A stretch of DNA of 64,000 nucleotides from NCBI RefSeq assembly GCF_036321535.1, contig NC_087436.1, forward strand, positions 83,640,001 through 83,704,000, read 5' to 3'. The notes beneath the pieces are model-generated. The model searched no databases and had not been told where the DNA came from. It saw only the letters and a list, made by a program, of their open reading frames with translations. Each line of letters starts with the position of its first letter. Position 1 is the stretch's first letter. This document shows positions 12,716 through 26,050 of this stretch, piece after piece. Source of the DNA: Camelus dromedarius (Eukaryota). The translations under genes and the position numbers were made by a program.

Positions 12716-13409
12716 CTGAACAACAGAACCGATGCAGAAGAGAGGCTGTAAACAACTTCCCGTTCGCCAAAAAACTCAATAGGTTTGACTCCCATTCAAC
12801 ACAAACAAAAACTTCCTGAACAGTCAACAAGGAATGAAAGTAGCTGGAATCTCCCTACCTAGGTTAGGCAACAGGATGCAGTGATAGACGGGGCTCGCAT
12901 ATCTTTCCTATGACTGAGAATGACCAGAACAGTTAATTGAATGAATGTGTAAACAGTCAGCTCAGTTCAAGCCAACAAATATTTACTAAGCACTTACTGT
13001 TTTCTTTGTTGGTGGGAAGTACTTCAGACAACACCAAGATTAACAGCAAGATAGCCCCTGCCCTAAAGGAGCTTATATAGTGAGGTGAAGGGAAGAAAAG
13101 TACGTAAGTATCATAATTAATGGAACATTCCCATAAGAAAGGTACAAACTAGTGCAGGATAGTCACAAGAATTAAGAACAATGTGTTTTTAGGCGGTGGT
13201 TTGTTTGTTTAGGGGTTAAAAAGAATTAGTATCAGGAAAGGTCTCCTAGGGGAGGTAGCATTTGACATACGACTTCAAGACTGGGTCACATACTTAATAC
13301 AACTCCATTCACCTGGAATCTCTTTCACAGAGAGCGCCAACTGGTAAGCACCGTAGATCACAAAAGTAACATATACATCCCAAAGATGTATTTGCATGCT
13401 GGTATCAGT

Positions 13410-13535
13410 ATTTTAAAAATGTTTTTGCAGTATAGTTGATTTACAATGCTGTGTTAGTTTCTGATGTACAGCATAGTGATTCAGTTATGTGTATATTATA
13501 TGTATATAATATAGATCTTTTTCATTATAGGTTAC
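13410..13535 (-). mobile_element. Short L1 3'UTR fragment
   Basis: gtatagttgatttacaatgctgtgttagtttctgatgtacagcatagtgattcagtt. Confidence 0.75.
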
Positions 13536-14124
13536 TGTTACTGGTTTTCGTACTGCCTCCTCTAACATGAAGGGAGAACATGCACATAGGACAACTCAGC
13601 ATCTTCTACATCTCCCTTCCTTTTGTAATTAAGCTGACAATACTAGGGGTGCATGAGACCTGGCCTTACATCATAAATGCTGTCATCTGAGCAGCTGCAG
13701 CATTTCTGTTCATCCATGGGATAAGCAATCGGTCACTGTTCACCTTCAGTGGGAAAAACAGTGCCTTTCACTAAGGGAGAATCATAAAAAGGAGAGACAT
13801 CTTGGATTATCCATGAATCACAAGGTGATCCAAAGTAGACTCTGAGTTGGCTCTGTGTGCACCCTCCCCACCCCCAGACACACCCCACACACACAGTGCT
13901 TCTAACCCTAGAACATCCCTCTATCAACAACAGACAGTAGATTTCTCTCTCAAACAGAATGTCCTTCTCTGTACTACAAAGGTCAGCTATCGGGGCAGAA
14001 TGGAAAGTAAACAGCAATCCACTTAGAACACTATGAAAGAAGAAAAAAATGTTCAAATGTTGTGGCTACCTAAAACACCCAAAAGGAAGCTGAATACAGG
14101 CAAAACTAACCTATGTAAAGACCT

Positions 14125-14667
14125 TTAAAAAATTGTGGTAAAAAACCCACATCACATAAAATTTACCATCTTAACACTACACTTAAAAATGGTTTGGGTG
14201 TGTTAAGTGTATTTCCATCCTTGCGAAGCAGTTCTCCAGAACACTCATCCTGTGCAACTTCACATTAAACAGTAACACTCCTCCTCCTCCCCACCCAGCC
14301 CCTGGCCGCCACCATTCCACCTGTTGCTTCCATGAATTTAAATAGACACCTCATAATAGCAGAATCATACAGCACTTGTCTTTCTGTGATTAGCCTATTT
14401 CTCTTAGCATGATGTCCTCCAAGTTCATGTTGAAGCTTGTGACAGGATTCCCTTCCTTTATAAGGCTGAACCATACATACTCCCTTTATATATATACCGC
14501 ATACCATGGACAGACACGTGTTGTTTCCCTCTTGGCTATTGTGAATAATGCTCTAGACATGGGTGTGCAAATCTTTCTCTGATACTCTGCTTTCAGTTCT
14601 GTTAGATAAATACCCAGGAAATAGGATTGCTGGATCATATGACAGCTCTATTTTTAATTTTTTTGAA
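14125..14667 (-). mobile_element. L1MA/MB 3' fragment
   Basis: aaatttaccatcttaac...ggctattgtgaataatgct...ggattgctggatcatatg. Confidence 0.8.
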
Positions 14668-15489
14668 ATTAAATTTTAAAATTTCTGTACACTTTTGGAC
14701 AAATAATGTGGTTTCCATACTGTACTCCTATTTATTAAATTTGAATGACCTAGAGTATTAGTATAGTTTAGGTTAATTCTGGGTAATTGCTTTTCTCGAA
14801 ATAATTAAACGTTAAAATGTGGGCTCCATCCCCTCCCTCCTTTACCCTGAGTACTAGAAACAAATTTATCCTTCATATTCATTCATTCAACAAATACACA
14901 CTGAAGGCCTACTATGAGTTGGGCATTTTGTGTTAGGCATTGGCACCAAACAAAACAAAAGTGAAGTTTTTCACCTGTTCCTCTCACATCTGGCCTTTTC
15001 CCTGCTATAATCGAAGGATTACAGCATTAGGGGGACTATGATTAATCCTTCTGCTTAGATGCTGGGCTGTATCTTAATATGCCCAACAAAAAGCTATTTA
15101 TTTCATTTTTCTAATTTATTATCAACTTTATTATTAATTATAGGACATAGGTTCAACTAAAGTTGAATCCCTGATATTGTTACAATATTCGTTATTCGTA
15201 GTCTATCCTGACTTCTGGTATTCTATGTTAAAAGGAATCACATTAGTGCTTCTTCCAATGGACTACAAAGAAAAAAAATGCTTATAAAGTTACTCAGAAA
15301 TGTTACATTGAATTAAGCACCACTGGCCTGCCTGCATCTAATACATGCAAAACAAAATAATGCAGTCACAGAAATAGAATCCAAACTTTTAACCTACTAG
15401 AAAATTATCATCCAGAATTTCTCTTTCGTATTCTCTAACTCAGCACCTTGTTTTTCAATTGAGGGCCCTTGTTATGTTTTGTAATTATA

Positions 15490-15890
15490 GCACAGAAGTT
15501 GAGAATTCAGACTCTGAGCCTTGTATCCAGGTTTAAATCTTGGCTCTTTTTATCACTAGCTGCAGGTTACTGTGTAAGTTACTTAACTTGAATGTGTCTA
15601 TTTCTTCATTTGTAAATTTGGGATAACATTATCTAATTTATGGGGTTGTTAGGATTAAATGGATACATTTAATTTGGTTAGAACAGTGCCTAACATCTAA
15701 TAAACACTGTGTTACCTGTGATTGTTACTGTAATTATTGTTATTTGTATAGTGTTTTTGTTTGTCTCCTTCCACAAAAACATAAGCTCCCTGTGGGTAGG
15801 CAGCATGTCTCTCTGGTTCATCCACTGTGTATCTGATGCACAGTACGGTACCCATGACAGAGGATGTGCCCAATAAAACTCACTGAATAA
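15490..15890. mobile_element. MIR (about 15490-15710) followed by an L2 3' fragment (about 15750-15890)
   Basis: aagttacttaac...ttcttcatttgtaaa...ggttgttaggattaaatg; taagctccctgtgggtagg...caataaa..ctgaata. Confidence 0.65.
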
Positions 15891-17899
15891 TCTCATTCTC
15901 TTCCAAAATCTACTCTTTAGTGATTTCTTATGGTCACTTTCTCCAGCACCACCAGTATTTCATATACAACCATCTCCAGCTTAGACAGGATGTACCAAAT
16001 TCCTTTATTAGAGCTTTTATTACTAAATTCTATGTTCAACATTTTAATTATTCTAGACTGTCAGGGATCAATAATAGCGCAAGACCCCTGTGAGACAATG
16101 CCTACTTGGTATGTCTTGTCTCTGTGCATTACAGAAACGAGACATTTCCATCTGACTTACAAAGTGGGAAAGAAAAACCAGTGGGACAAGCATTGTGCCA
16201 ATGTCATTTTAGGAAAAGCAAACCAAACCTCAGTCACCAATCAGTTATTCCCACCATGGGCAGGAGGTGCGTGATGGTGGGGTGGGGAGGAACACTCTTT
16301 TGGAGACTGTCAATCAGTTGATACTCGGTTGTTATCAGTTTATGTGCCACATGGAAGGGGCTGGCTGAGTGACAAGAGTCCGTGGTGGTGGATGTGTTTG
16401 CACACCACAATTAAGTCCACTGCATGTTGACTCTTCCTGTTTATTCCTTTCCACAAAGGACCTGCCATTATGCCTGTACTTCTTGACTAAAGGTTTGTTG
16501 ATCCAAGGTGGGAGGCTGTCTGGGTCCAATGGCCAAGAAGGGCAGATAATAAGAACTATCTCTATTATCTCTGATACAATACACATACAGGACACACCTT
16601 TCCAACGTTTCAACTTCATACCACTTCTGCTCTAAACAATCGGGAAGTAGGGAGCAGGCAACCACATAATAAGTATAAAAATACTAGGATCAGTAGCAAT
16701 GTAAAATTGATGCAGTGAAAAGGCTTTCACATTTTCTCTTGGCCCTGACCTAGAATCAAGCTGTGATGAAGTGAGGACACAGCAATTACTTATCCCACAA
16801 TGAGACATTTTGTTGTGAGTTTAGAATACTTGGCAGTTCTCAATCTTTTCTGCCCTACATGTGTGAAAGGAAATACACTGTTCTTTCTTAATAGCAGGTG
16901 AATCACTGACTTAATTTGCAAAAGTATTTTGGAGGTTTTTATCCTGTCCCCATCTTTTCCTAATTTCCTTTTTTTCATATTTCTTGCTTCACGTCCCTGC
17001 CCTTCTCACCTTACCCAGCACAAAGGGCATTTAAGTTCCAAGATATCGGAGCTAAATAACTGCCTTAATATTTTCAAAGAATCAAGTGGCATTTATTTCA
17101 CCTCTGCATCTTCTGATCACTATTCAACAGAAATTCCTGTAACACTGTTAGAAGCTTTAGGGATACATAAAGAAGTACAACCAAGCCTCCTCCATCAAAG
17201 AAGCATACATTGTAACTAAGAGGACATGAAATATTTGTGAGGAAGTTAAATAATAATGTCATCAATATAAAAGATGTTCCAAGGAGGTCACATAATTGAA
17301 TGTTCTCAGTTATTAGTGACAGCAGTAACATTTAAAGACCCATCATTTCCACATTAGCTCATTAGATTTTATCCTAATGACAAGTCTGTGTGATAATTTT
17401 CAACATTTCTATGTTGAGTACAGGAAACTGCAGGTTAGAAAAGTTATATGACTTACCCAGATGGCATGGTTTTTAAGTTAAAGATGGGTCTCCACCCCAG
17501 GCTTAATTCCAGGCTTCAGATTGCTTTCTGACACAGGATGGAGAGCTCGTGGGTAGGCATGGCCAGGAGACACTTCCTGGATGAAGCTGGGGAACAACTT
17601 GGCTACCCGGTAAACTCATGGGAAGGTTCAGGTAGAAGGTTGGGATGGGAAAATAAGGGGGACCCTGATTTAAAGGAAGGTGTAAACAATATATATAAGT
17701 AGGAACATAACAGGACAGTTTACACTGAGCTGAGGTTTCAAGTCAGGAACAGAGGGACACATACTGGTAGAAGCCAAGCCTGATGGAGAAAAGCCTTACC
17801 CACCAGAGTTGTATTTTTTCTTAGGCAGTATCAGGCTTTGACTAAAAGAAGTGATAAGACAAAATTTGCATTCTAAGCAGATGAAGAAGCCTCCTATTC

Positions 17900-18262
17900 C
17901 TATAAGGTAAATACTAATAATTAAGCCCATTTTACAGATGGGGAAACCGAGACTCAGAAAAGTTAAGGAAACTGTATGAGGGCCTACAGTTAGTAAACGG
18001 CAGAGCTTAGACCTGAATCCAGCCAGTCTGGTACTGGAGTTTAGGCTTTGAAGTACTTTCTAACTGCTCAGGCTTCTTTTCTTCACTGGGCTGACTTCTA
18101 CTTTAGATCTCCATGTAAATGTCACCTCTACAGAATGGCCATCTCTGACTTTCCAATCCAAAGCAGTCATCCAGTCCCTTGCTATTCTATCACCCTCTCC
18201 TCAGCCATAAAACAGTTCATATCTCAGAGCAGGCATTCAACAAATGTTCGGTGAATGAATGA
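17900..18262. mobile_element. MIR plus L2 tail
   Basis: cccattttacagatggggaaaccgagactcaga; ggcattcaacaaatgttcggtgaatgaatga. Confidence 0.7.
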
Positions 18263-19849
18263 GGATTAAGAAAAGTTTTTTTTTATAATGACTAGAATTC
18301 TGGAGCTATAAGACACCTTGGAAATAATATATTGCAACATCCTTTTTTATATCTAAGGAGAGCTGCTAAAGACATATAGTGAATTGCCTAAAGAAATTAG
18401 CCATGCAGTGGGAAAGCAAGGACTTGAATGTAGTGTTCCTAACAAGCAGTTCTCCATTTGTTAATCTTACTATGTTGCTTCCAAATTTAAGGGACTTTTG
18501 ATAGTATATCTACAATCAAATTTTGATGATCAAAGCTGTATTTTATGCTTAATTAAGGAAGCAACTTAAGAAACTAAACCCCATGAATACAGAAAAACTG
18601 CCCATTTTATGTGCAGGTTTATGTTTTGGAGGGAAACTGATAACATAAATGACTGAATGACTAAAATGGCTAAGAGACTGACTAGTATTTTACTCTTCTT
18701 TGAAGTCATTTTCAAAAGAGAAAAGTTGCTATGTTGCAAAAATAGTAACTCTTTGTTCCTCTATTTTAATATTTACTTCACTTAACTTAAATGTCAGTCT
18801 TTAAACGACCAGTCGGCCTGATGTTCCCGTTGTCCAGATTGTACAGCTAAGCAAAACTCAAGCTAAACCTTGCAGACCAAGCCTCACGCCTCCAAGATTA
18901 TCAGTATATTTCTCTAATTTAATCTGCCCCCCACCCCGCCATGTCTCAGGGTGCATGTGAACTCTCCTAATAACGAAAGCACTATTGCTGCCTTTACTTT
19001 CTTTCGGCACTGTTTTTATAGAGCGAGAACTCGAATGTCGAGAACCCGACCGACTACACAGCATACAGAAGGGTGAAGTCAGGGCAGAGCTGAACATGAA
19101 CTACGATTTAACTGAGCCATCTTGGTTTCTTATAAAATTTGAAACAGGGCCATTGTTTCCATTAAATGGATAAAAATAAGTAGCCTAGGGCTGATGAGAT
19201 TTCAGCAAACAACAAAAATGTTTGCGATCTCATGATTCCAAACTCCAAACAAAACAAAACAAAGCAAACACCCAAACAAAATGTATTAATTATTCAATTA
19301 CAGCTCAACAAAAATCAATTTTTAAAATAAATTATAATGGTACAGGTTGTGGTTATATTTCAATATGTTTGATGTGATATGGTGCGGGGCTGTCAATAGT
19401 AGAGAGTTTAAAAGGCCTAGGAAAGTCTTTGGAAAATTGAAAACAAAAAAAGGTCTAGAAAAGCAATACACTGAAGTAAATGCAAGGACTATCTGCCGTG
19501 TAGATTTAAAAGCACACCCACAAGCAAGATTAATTCCCTAAATTAATCCATGCACATGGAAATTATATTGGTTTATATAAAAAAATAAGTATCATAAGAA
19601 ATGAATATCATAATTGTATCTAGGGAATAACAGTGCCTAACCTTTTACATGTCCCTAGACATCTCTATTCTAAGACATATGCTTGTTTCCTCTTTCAAGG
19701 ACAAATTTGCTGTTACAACACTCTCAACTGACTTGAAGCCTTGTGATGGGGAAATTTACAAACTGAAAAGAATCTGCTTTTCTAGAAAATCACTCAACTG
19801 TCAGTACATATGATATTAGTAAGTTCCAGGAGCTATTCTAAGCTTCGTA

Positions 19850-20055
19850 GATACTATTTAAAGGTCTGTACTAATATATATTTATATATATACATCCATA
19901 CATATATACTCATAACTACTGACAACCACTATGTAAGATAGCTAATATTATTATCCCTGCTCTGTAAGTGAAGAAATGAGAGGTTAAATAACTTGTCCAA
20001 AATCCTACTTTTAGAAAATAATGAAGCCAAGTTTAAACCCAGACAGTCTGGCTAT
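19850..20055 (-). mobile_element. MIR fragment
   Basis: ctcataactac...attattatccc...gaagaaatgagaggttaaataacttgtccaa. Confidence 0.6.
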
Positions 20056-20789
20056 ATTGCCTTTTTATATAAAATTATACAAAACATGTGACATGTCTTA
20101 TTATATCTTGATTTATCACAAAATAATTCCCACGACCCATCAAGGGAATTCTCTAGGTTCATTAGGGGGACAAATTTTTGCTTGTTAGCCACATCAAGGA
20201 GAACAAGATATCATATGGCCAGTCTGCCTTTAAATAGTCTATTAGTCTTTAATTATGGAGTTTCTATTATTTCTAATTGTAATAGTTAAATCTTTAAAAA
20301 CCAAAGTGATTTAGCTTTCTTCCTGAGCCCAATCTAACACAAAAATATTCCAATCAACTCTGTGTGTGTATGTATGTGTATATATATATCTAACATGTTC
20401 TTCAATCACAGATTCTAAAGAATTCACCAAAAATTAAGTTCTCCATCATTTACATTCTACTTTGAGAGCATAAACCAGAAAACAAACCTACTTGCATTTT
20501 CTCCCTTTAGTTCTCCAACAGAAAATTTAGAGGCATGACAAATTTAACAAAGACTGTATGTGATGGTAAAAAGTTGAGAACTTCAAGTTTAAAAATTGAG
20601 TCAGCCACAATTTATATTAATACCTCTTAAAGTGAATACTCATTCTAGAAACAGAGAGTTTTCTCCTAATCCCAGAGGTAGAGTTAATTTTTCCCATGTA
20701 ACATTATGCTTCTCATAATATTCTCTTAATAAGTGTTATTCAGAAGAATGTTCTTTTGGAAACAGTATAAAGTGTCATTATGTGTCTGC

Positions 20790-21655
20790 AATTAATGATT
20801 CAAATAATCTCTATATCTCCAAATCCAGGATACTTTTCTCAGTTATCTTCTCCTTCATCCCTCTCTGCAGTTCATTCTTCCTTCAAATTCCATTTTCTTT
20901 GGCTTTGGTGATGCTACACTAGCTTATATTCCTCTGATCTCTCCAACTGGTTCTTCTCATCACTTATCTATAGACATTTCCCAGGATGCCACCATTCTTG
21001 GAGAGTTCGTTCATTTTGTCTTGATGCAATAAACTGGAAAGAATTGACTCCTAAACTCTAGCTCATCCAGATATTCCTCTCATCTAATTACAGTTGTCTA
21101 TCTCTCGGTACCTTATGGATAGCTCTTGGGAAGTAGTAGAAGAAGTGAGGCTACACAAGAAATTACGGACCAAGTCAATAAAAGACTCTGAATGTCATGA
21201 TGGAGAAGAGAAATATCCTTGATTAAAAGTCTTGGAAGGAAGTGAGAGATGATCTCATTTATATTTTAAATAGGCAATCTAGGGACAGTGCGGATTTGGA
21301 CTGAAATGGGTGAGAGCAAAAAAGGAAAACTAGTTAATAAGTTATCAAAATCAGCCAAAGAAGAGATGAAGTGAACTTGTGGGATGCCAAGTACATTCAT
21401 TAAAAGGGAGGTGGAACTCTGAGTCAGCTAAGTTTGAATGAATCACAAGCCATTTCTCTGGCATACACACTAATATATTCACATGATCAGGATCTCTATT
21501 ATAAACCCCACTGCAACATGTACAACCGTAATTCAGTAATTACTTAAGGAGTCTCCCTCTTCCCCCAGAGAGTATGAGCTCCCTGAGGGTACGGACCATG
21601 TTGTCTGGCCAATGGCTGGCACACCTCTCTTCTGGCACATAGTACGTACTCAAAA
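20790..21655. mobile_element. Degenerate L2 fragments
   Basis: caaatccaggatacttttctcag..cttggcttt; gagctccctgagggtacggaccatg..tggcacatagta. Confidence 0.5.
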
Positions 21656-23899
21656 AATAAAATAAAAACTACAGAAAAGTAAAATTTCACAACAAAATCT
21701 TAATGCTGAAAAGAAATTCATATACCATCTAGTTTCTTAAAGTCACAAAGCCTGTTAGTAAATTCTACTCCTCCAAGACTAGAAGAAAATAAAAGAAACC
21801 ACCTATGTGGAAGGCAGATAGGACGGTGTATAAGATACTAACTCTGAAGATTATTACCTGAGTGTATGTACATCTGCCCACATACAATGCTGAGAATATA
21901 AATCTGTCACTGGATTTTGTCAAAAGCTAGGAAACATGCCTCAATATATATATTTATATATTTTTTCATGTATACCTAAATTTACCTCTTGTCATTACTG
22001 GATCTTGATGCTGAAAGTTGAAAAGTCATTCTCAAAATTACTCATGAACAAGACACATGGCACTAGCTTTCACCTGAAGTCTTACAGACAGCAGCCATTG
22101 CGTTAGTCAACTGATCTTGCTTTCACTTGAATTTTCTTTTAGAGGTATGAAAAATGAGAAAGCAAAATTATCAGATTTTGCATTTGCTTTTTCTTCCTCA
22201 AAAGAAAGAATATTTATTTTAAATGCTTTCTTCAATTTTAAAGTTACATTTAAAAACTGACTGACTATACACATATGGGTCACATCAAGGCAAACGATCC
22301 AATGAAGGTTATTAAAAAATCTCACAAATAACCCATGACTGGTGAGATGAAATACAGTGCAGTTACTAACGGCATCTATAGCTGAGACAACATGTGATGT
22401 AGTGGAAAACACAGCAGGCCAGGAGTGGGAAGGACATCCTCTTCTTTGTCTTCCTGCCTACAAGTTACATAACTTGAAGCCAATCATTGACACCTAGCCA
22501 CCAACCACCCAATGGAGCCTCATTAACTCTTGTGAAACAAAATCAACTGGCCTTCTCTCTTCTTAAGACCCAGATAAGGAATAAACAAGGTCATGAATGT
22601 AGAAGTCCTTTGAAAGTACGGTTGAAGGGAAACATGCAATTTCATTTTTTAAAGCAGTATTTAGCAGAGTAGCGTTGATTACTTCTGGCTGGACATTTCT
22701 CTTCAATAAATAACCAGCTGACTTTAAGGACCGTGGATTTACCCTGGACCATATATTTTCCCAGCTGATCATTAACAGTCAGGCAGATATTACTGCTTAA
22801 TCATTGCATTTCCACCGAGACCGAAGCACTCAAGGGATTGTTTTTAAAAGGATGAGAAATTTTTTACTCTGGCCACAATCAGTAATGTTCAACTCCTAAG
22901 GCTGGTTATTCTCCAAAGAAGTATAGTCCAGAGAAGGGGTCACACATTTTAAAAACATTGCATCACACTGATGGGGTAAAAAACCCTGCAAACCATCTCC
23001 TTCATCCTTTCTCACATCAGCACTGACCTAAAATGTACCTACCTAAGAGTACTACAGAAAAAAAATCTCTGCCCCTTGCAATGTAAAAGTAAATCCTTAT
23101 TTCACATAAGAAAAAAATGTTTATTATCCTGAACGTTTTTCAATACTATCAGTTGCTTACCTCAAATACTACAAATAAGCAATCTATTTCTATTTTTGCA
23201 ACCACTTGCAGGTTTCAGGTTAGTCTATTACCATCTCTTGAGTGAGACCAAGGTCTAATTATTTTTGTTTTAAAAAATATCAAGGCTTACCACACATCAT
23301 TATTACCACTAACCAGAGTTATAAACTTTACTTTCACACAAAATATCGAGAGGAACACTATGTATGGGTCATATAAAATTATGAACCATCATGAGTCCGG
23401 GAAAAAAATAAGTGAACGTCTAGTGTAGAATTTGTAGTATCACTTTCAATATGTGTATCTGTTTTCCTATGTGTTTCAAACTCGTGTTTTCAGCTGACAA
23501 TAAAAGGAATAGTAATAAACTAAAGCTTGATATTAGAGTACATGTAATTGCAATATTTGGCCATTTTGAACTAGAAAACTGGAAGTTTTATATGGTTCAA
23601 CCTGTATTTCTATTCATGTGATCAAGGGACAATGACAATGTACAAATCTCTCTGCGCCAATGTTGATTTTTTTTCCTTTCTGAAAATCAATTGATTATTC
23701 TCCTGCCTAGTTTAGAGTTTCAATTGGAAAAGACCAAAATAAATGCTATCAGTTCTATTTTAGCTCTGTAATCCTAAAAATTGACACCTTGTACACTTCA
23801 GCTTTTTATCCATAAAAGTATAAGAGTACCAATTATGCTTACAGATTCACCATGAAAAAAGATGACTGAAGAATATACTTTTTGTATACACACAGAATC

Positions 23900-26050
23900 C
23901 AATATATACAAGTCTGTCATCTTCTGTGTAAAAGATCTTTGCTATAAGCAAATAAAAAACAAACTATTTAAATGACATGGGAAACATTTATAACTTAATG
24001 TTTTGTAACAAAAAAAGTGGGATTAAAAAGGTATGTAAAATATCAAACTGATAAAATTTTATAAAGGAATATACACATGGAAAAAAGCTAGAAGAAAATA
24101 GCTAAAACATTTAAAGTTAGTATTTCTGAGTATTATCTAGGATTAGTACATGATTTTTACTGTATATTTTACAACTTTTTTTTCAAGCTTCTACAATTTT
24201 AGAAAAAATACATAAGTAAAAGCTGAACTAAACGAATGACTCAACATTAAATATTTCAACTAATCTGATTAAACCTGAAATTCAACGGGAATTTTTAAAT
24301 CTATAAAAATATTCTGAACTTCTTTCAGAATATATGCTCATAGTTATTCAGAAAAATCCTGAAAAAGAAGAATTAAGTGAAGAATATCACTCATGACGTT
24401 AAAATACAGAGGGCATGACACTAGTACCCGAGAAGCAGATTCATTAGCACAGAAGAAAGCTCGGAGAAGGCCAAAGGTGCTTAAAACTTTGAACTAGAAA
24501 TAACAAAAGTGACATTTTGAATCACTTGGCAAAGCGTGAATTACTCTCTAGATGTTGTTTGGTTAGCAGGCTAATTATTTCAGTGAAAAATTACATTCTT
24601 AAATTGTACCTTACTGCAAGTAAATTTCACAAGAATTCAGTAATATTTAAAAAATTACAAGTATCCTACAAAATGTAAATCCCATATCAGGTCTTTTCTA
24701 ATATCCACGTATATTCAAGATTTAAATATAAAAATATGAAACTGCAAAAACATTGAAGACAATGTAAGTAAATATTCTGCTAACCTTGAGGTAGGCCTTT
24801 TATGGATAACATGAAACCCAAAATAACACAAACTAAAACGTGGGATTAATAAAAATCTTAAACTTCTTTGTGGTGAAAAGAATTATGAGGTTCAAATTTG
24901 AATTACAAGCTGCAGGGAGTATTTCTAATATATAAAAATAGATTAATAGTTGTACTACAAAAAGGAAGTTTTTCAAACCAATTACCAAAAAAAAAAAAAA
25001 AAAAAATTCCCACCAGTTTAGAAAAACTGAAAAAGCAAAAAGGTCATTTACAAAAGAAAAACTACATGGGAAAATAAGCTTTTAAATATGTTAAATCTCA
25101 CAAAACCCAAAATTTTCTGAAAGAAATAATATTCACTTATATTGGCAAATATGAAAAAGAGTAATAACATCAGTACCGGAGAAGGTGTGGGAGAGAGGAC
25201 ACGTTCAGAGATTGCTGCTTACAGTATGAACTGGTCCAACCTTTCAATGAACAAAAATTTTGATAATACAAATAGTCTTTGACTAGGCAGGCCTACTTCT
25301 AAAAGTACAGCCAAAGAAAATAATTAGTGAAGTGTGAAAAATGTACGTTCAAGAATAGTCTCTGTGATGCTGTTTATAGGGAAACAGTTACAGAGTGGTG
25401 ACTAAGAGCTTGGAGCCGAGGAGCCAGGCTGTCTGGATGCAGACTCCTGATGCTAACTTCTCCCAAGCCATGTGACCTTCAGCAAGTTAAATCTTCCGTG
25501 CTTCAGTTTCTTCATGGGTAAAGGAGAGATAATAATAGTATTTGCCTCATAGGGTTTTAAGGATAAAATAAGCAAATAGATGAAGAGCACCTAGAACATT
25601 ACCAGGAACTTAGTAAGCACTCAATAAATATTATCTATTACTATTACCGCTGAGAAAAAAAATTGTAGAATGCCATTTATAGGGATTGCTTAAGTAAAGG
25701 ATATTGATCAGAAGATCGGAACACTATGCGGTCATTAGAAATGAAGATGCAGAATTATATTTATAAGCATGGGAAAAATGCCATGGTAGATGACATTAAG
25801 TTTTTAAATAAAAGTTATAAAGTGGTATTATTTTACTACCCCATCTTTACTCAAACAAATAGAAATATACATGTGAGCATGCAGAGAAAAGAACATGGAA
25901 GCACATAAACCAAAGTATGAACAATGACTGAATCTGGCTGTAGAATTATGGATAAGTCTCATTTTCATCCTTATACTTGCGGTTTTTTGGTATAAAAAAA
26001 TTTTTTTTTTTACAATTAACATGTTATTTTTATAATTAAAAAAACCTTAT
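23900..26050 (+). mobile_element. Highly diverged L1M(E)-type pieces, with a MIR inserted at about 25390-25645
   Basis: A-rich, ORF2/3'UTR-like tracts; MIR core tgtgaccttcagcaagtt..cttcagtttcttcat. Confidence 0.55.
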
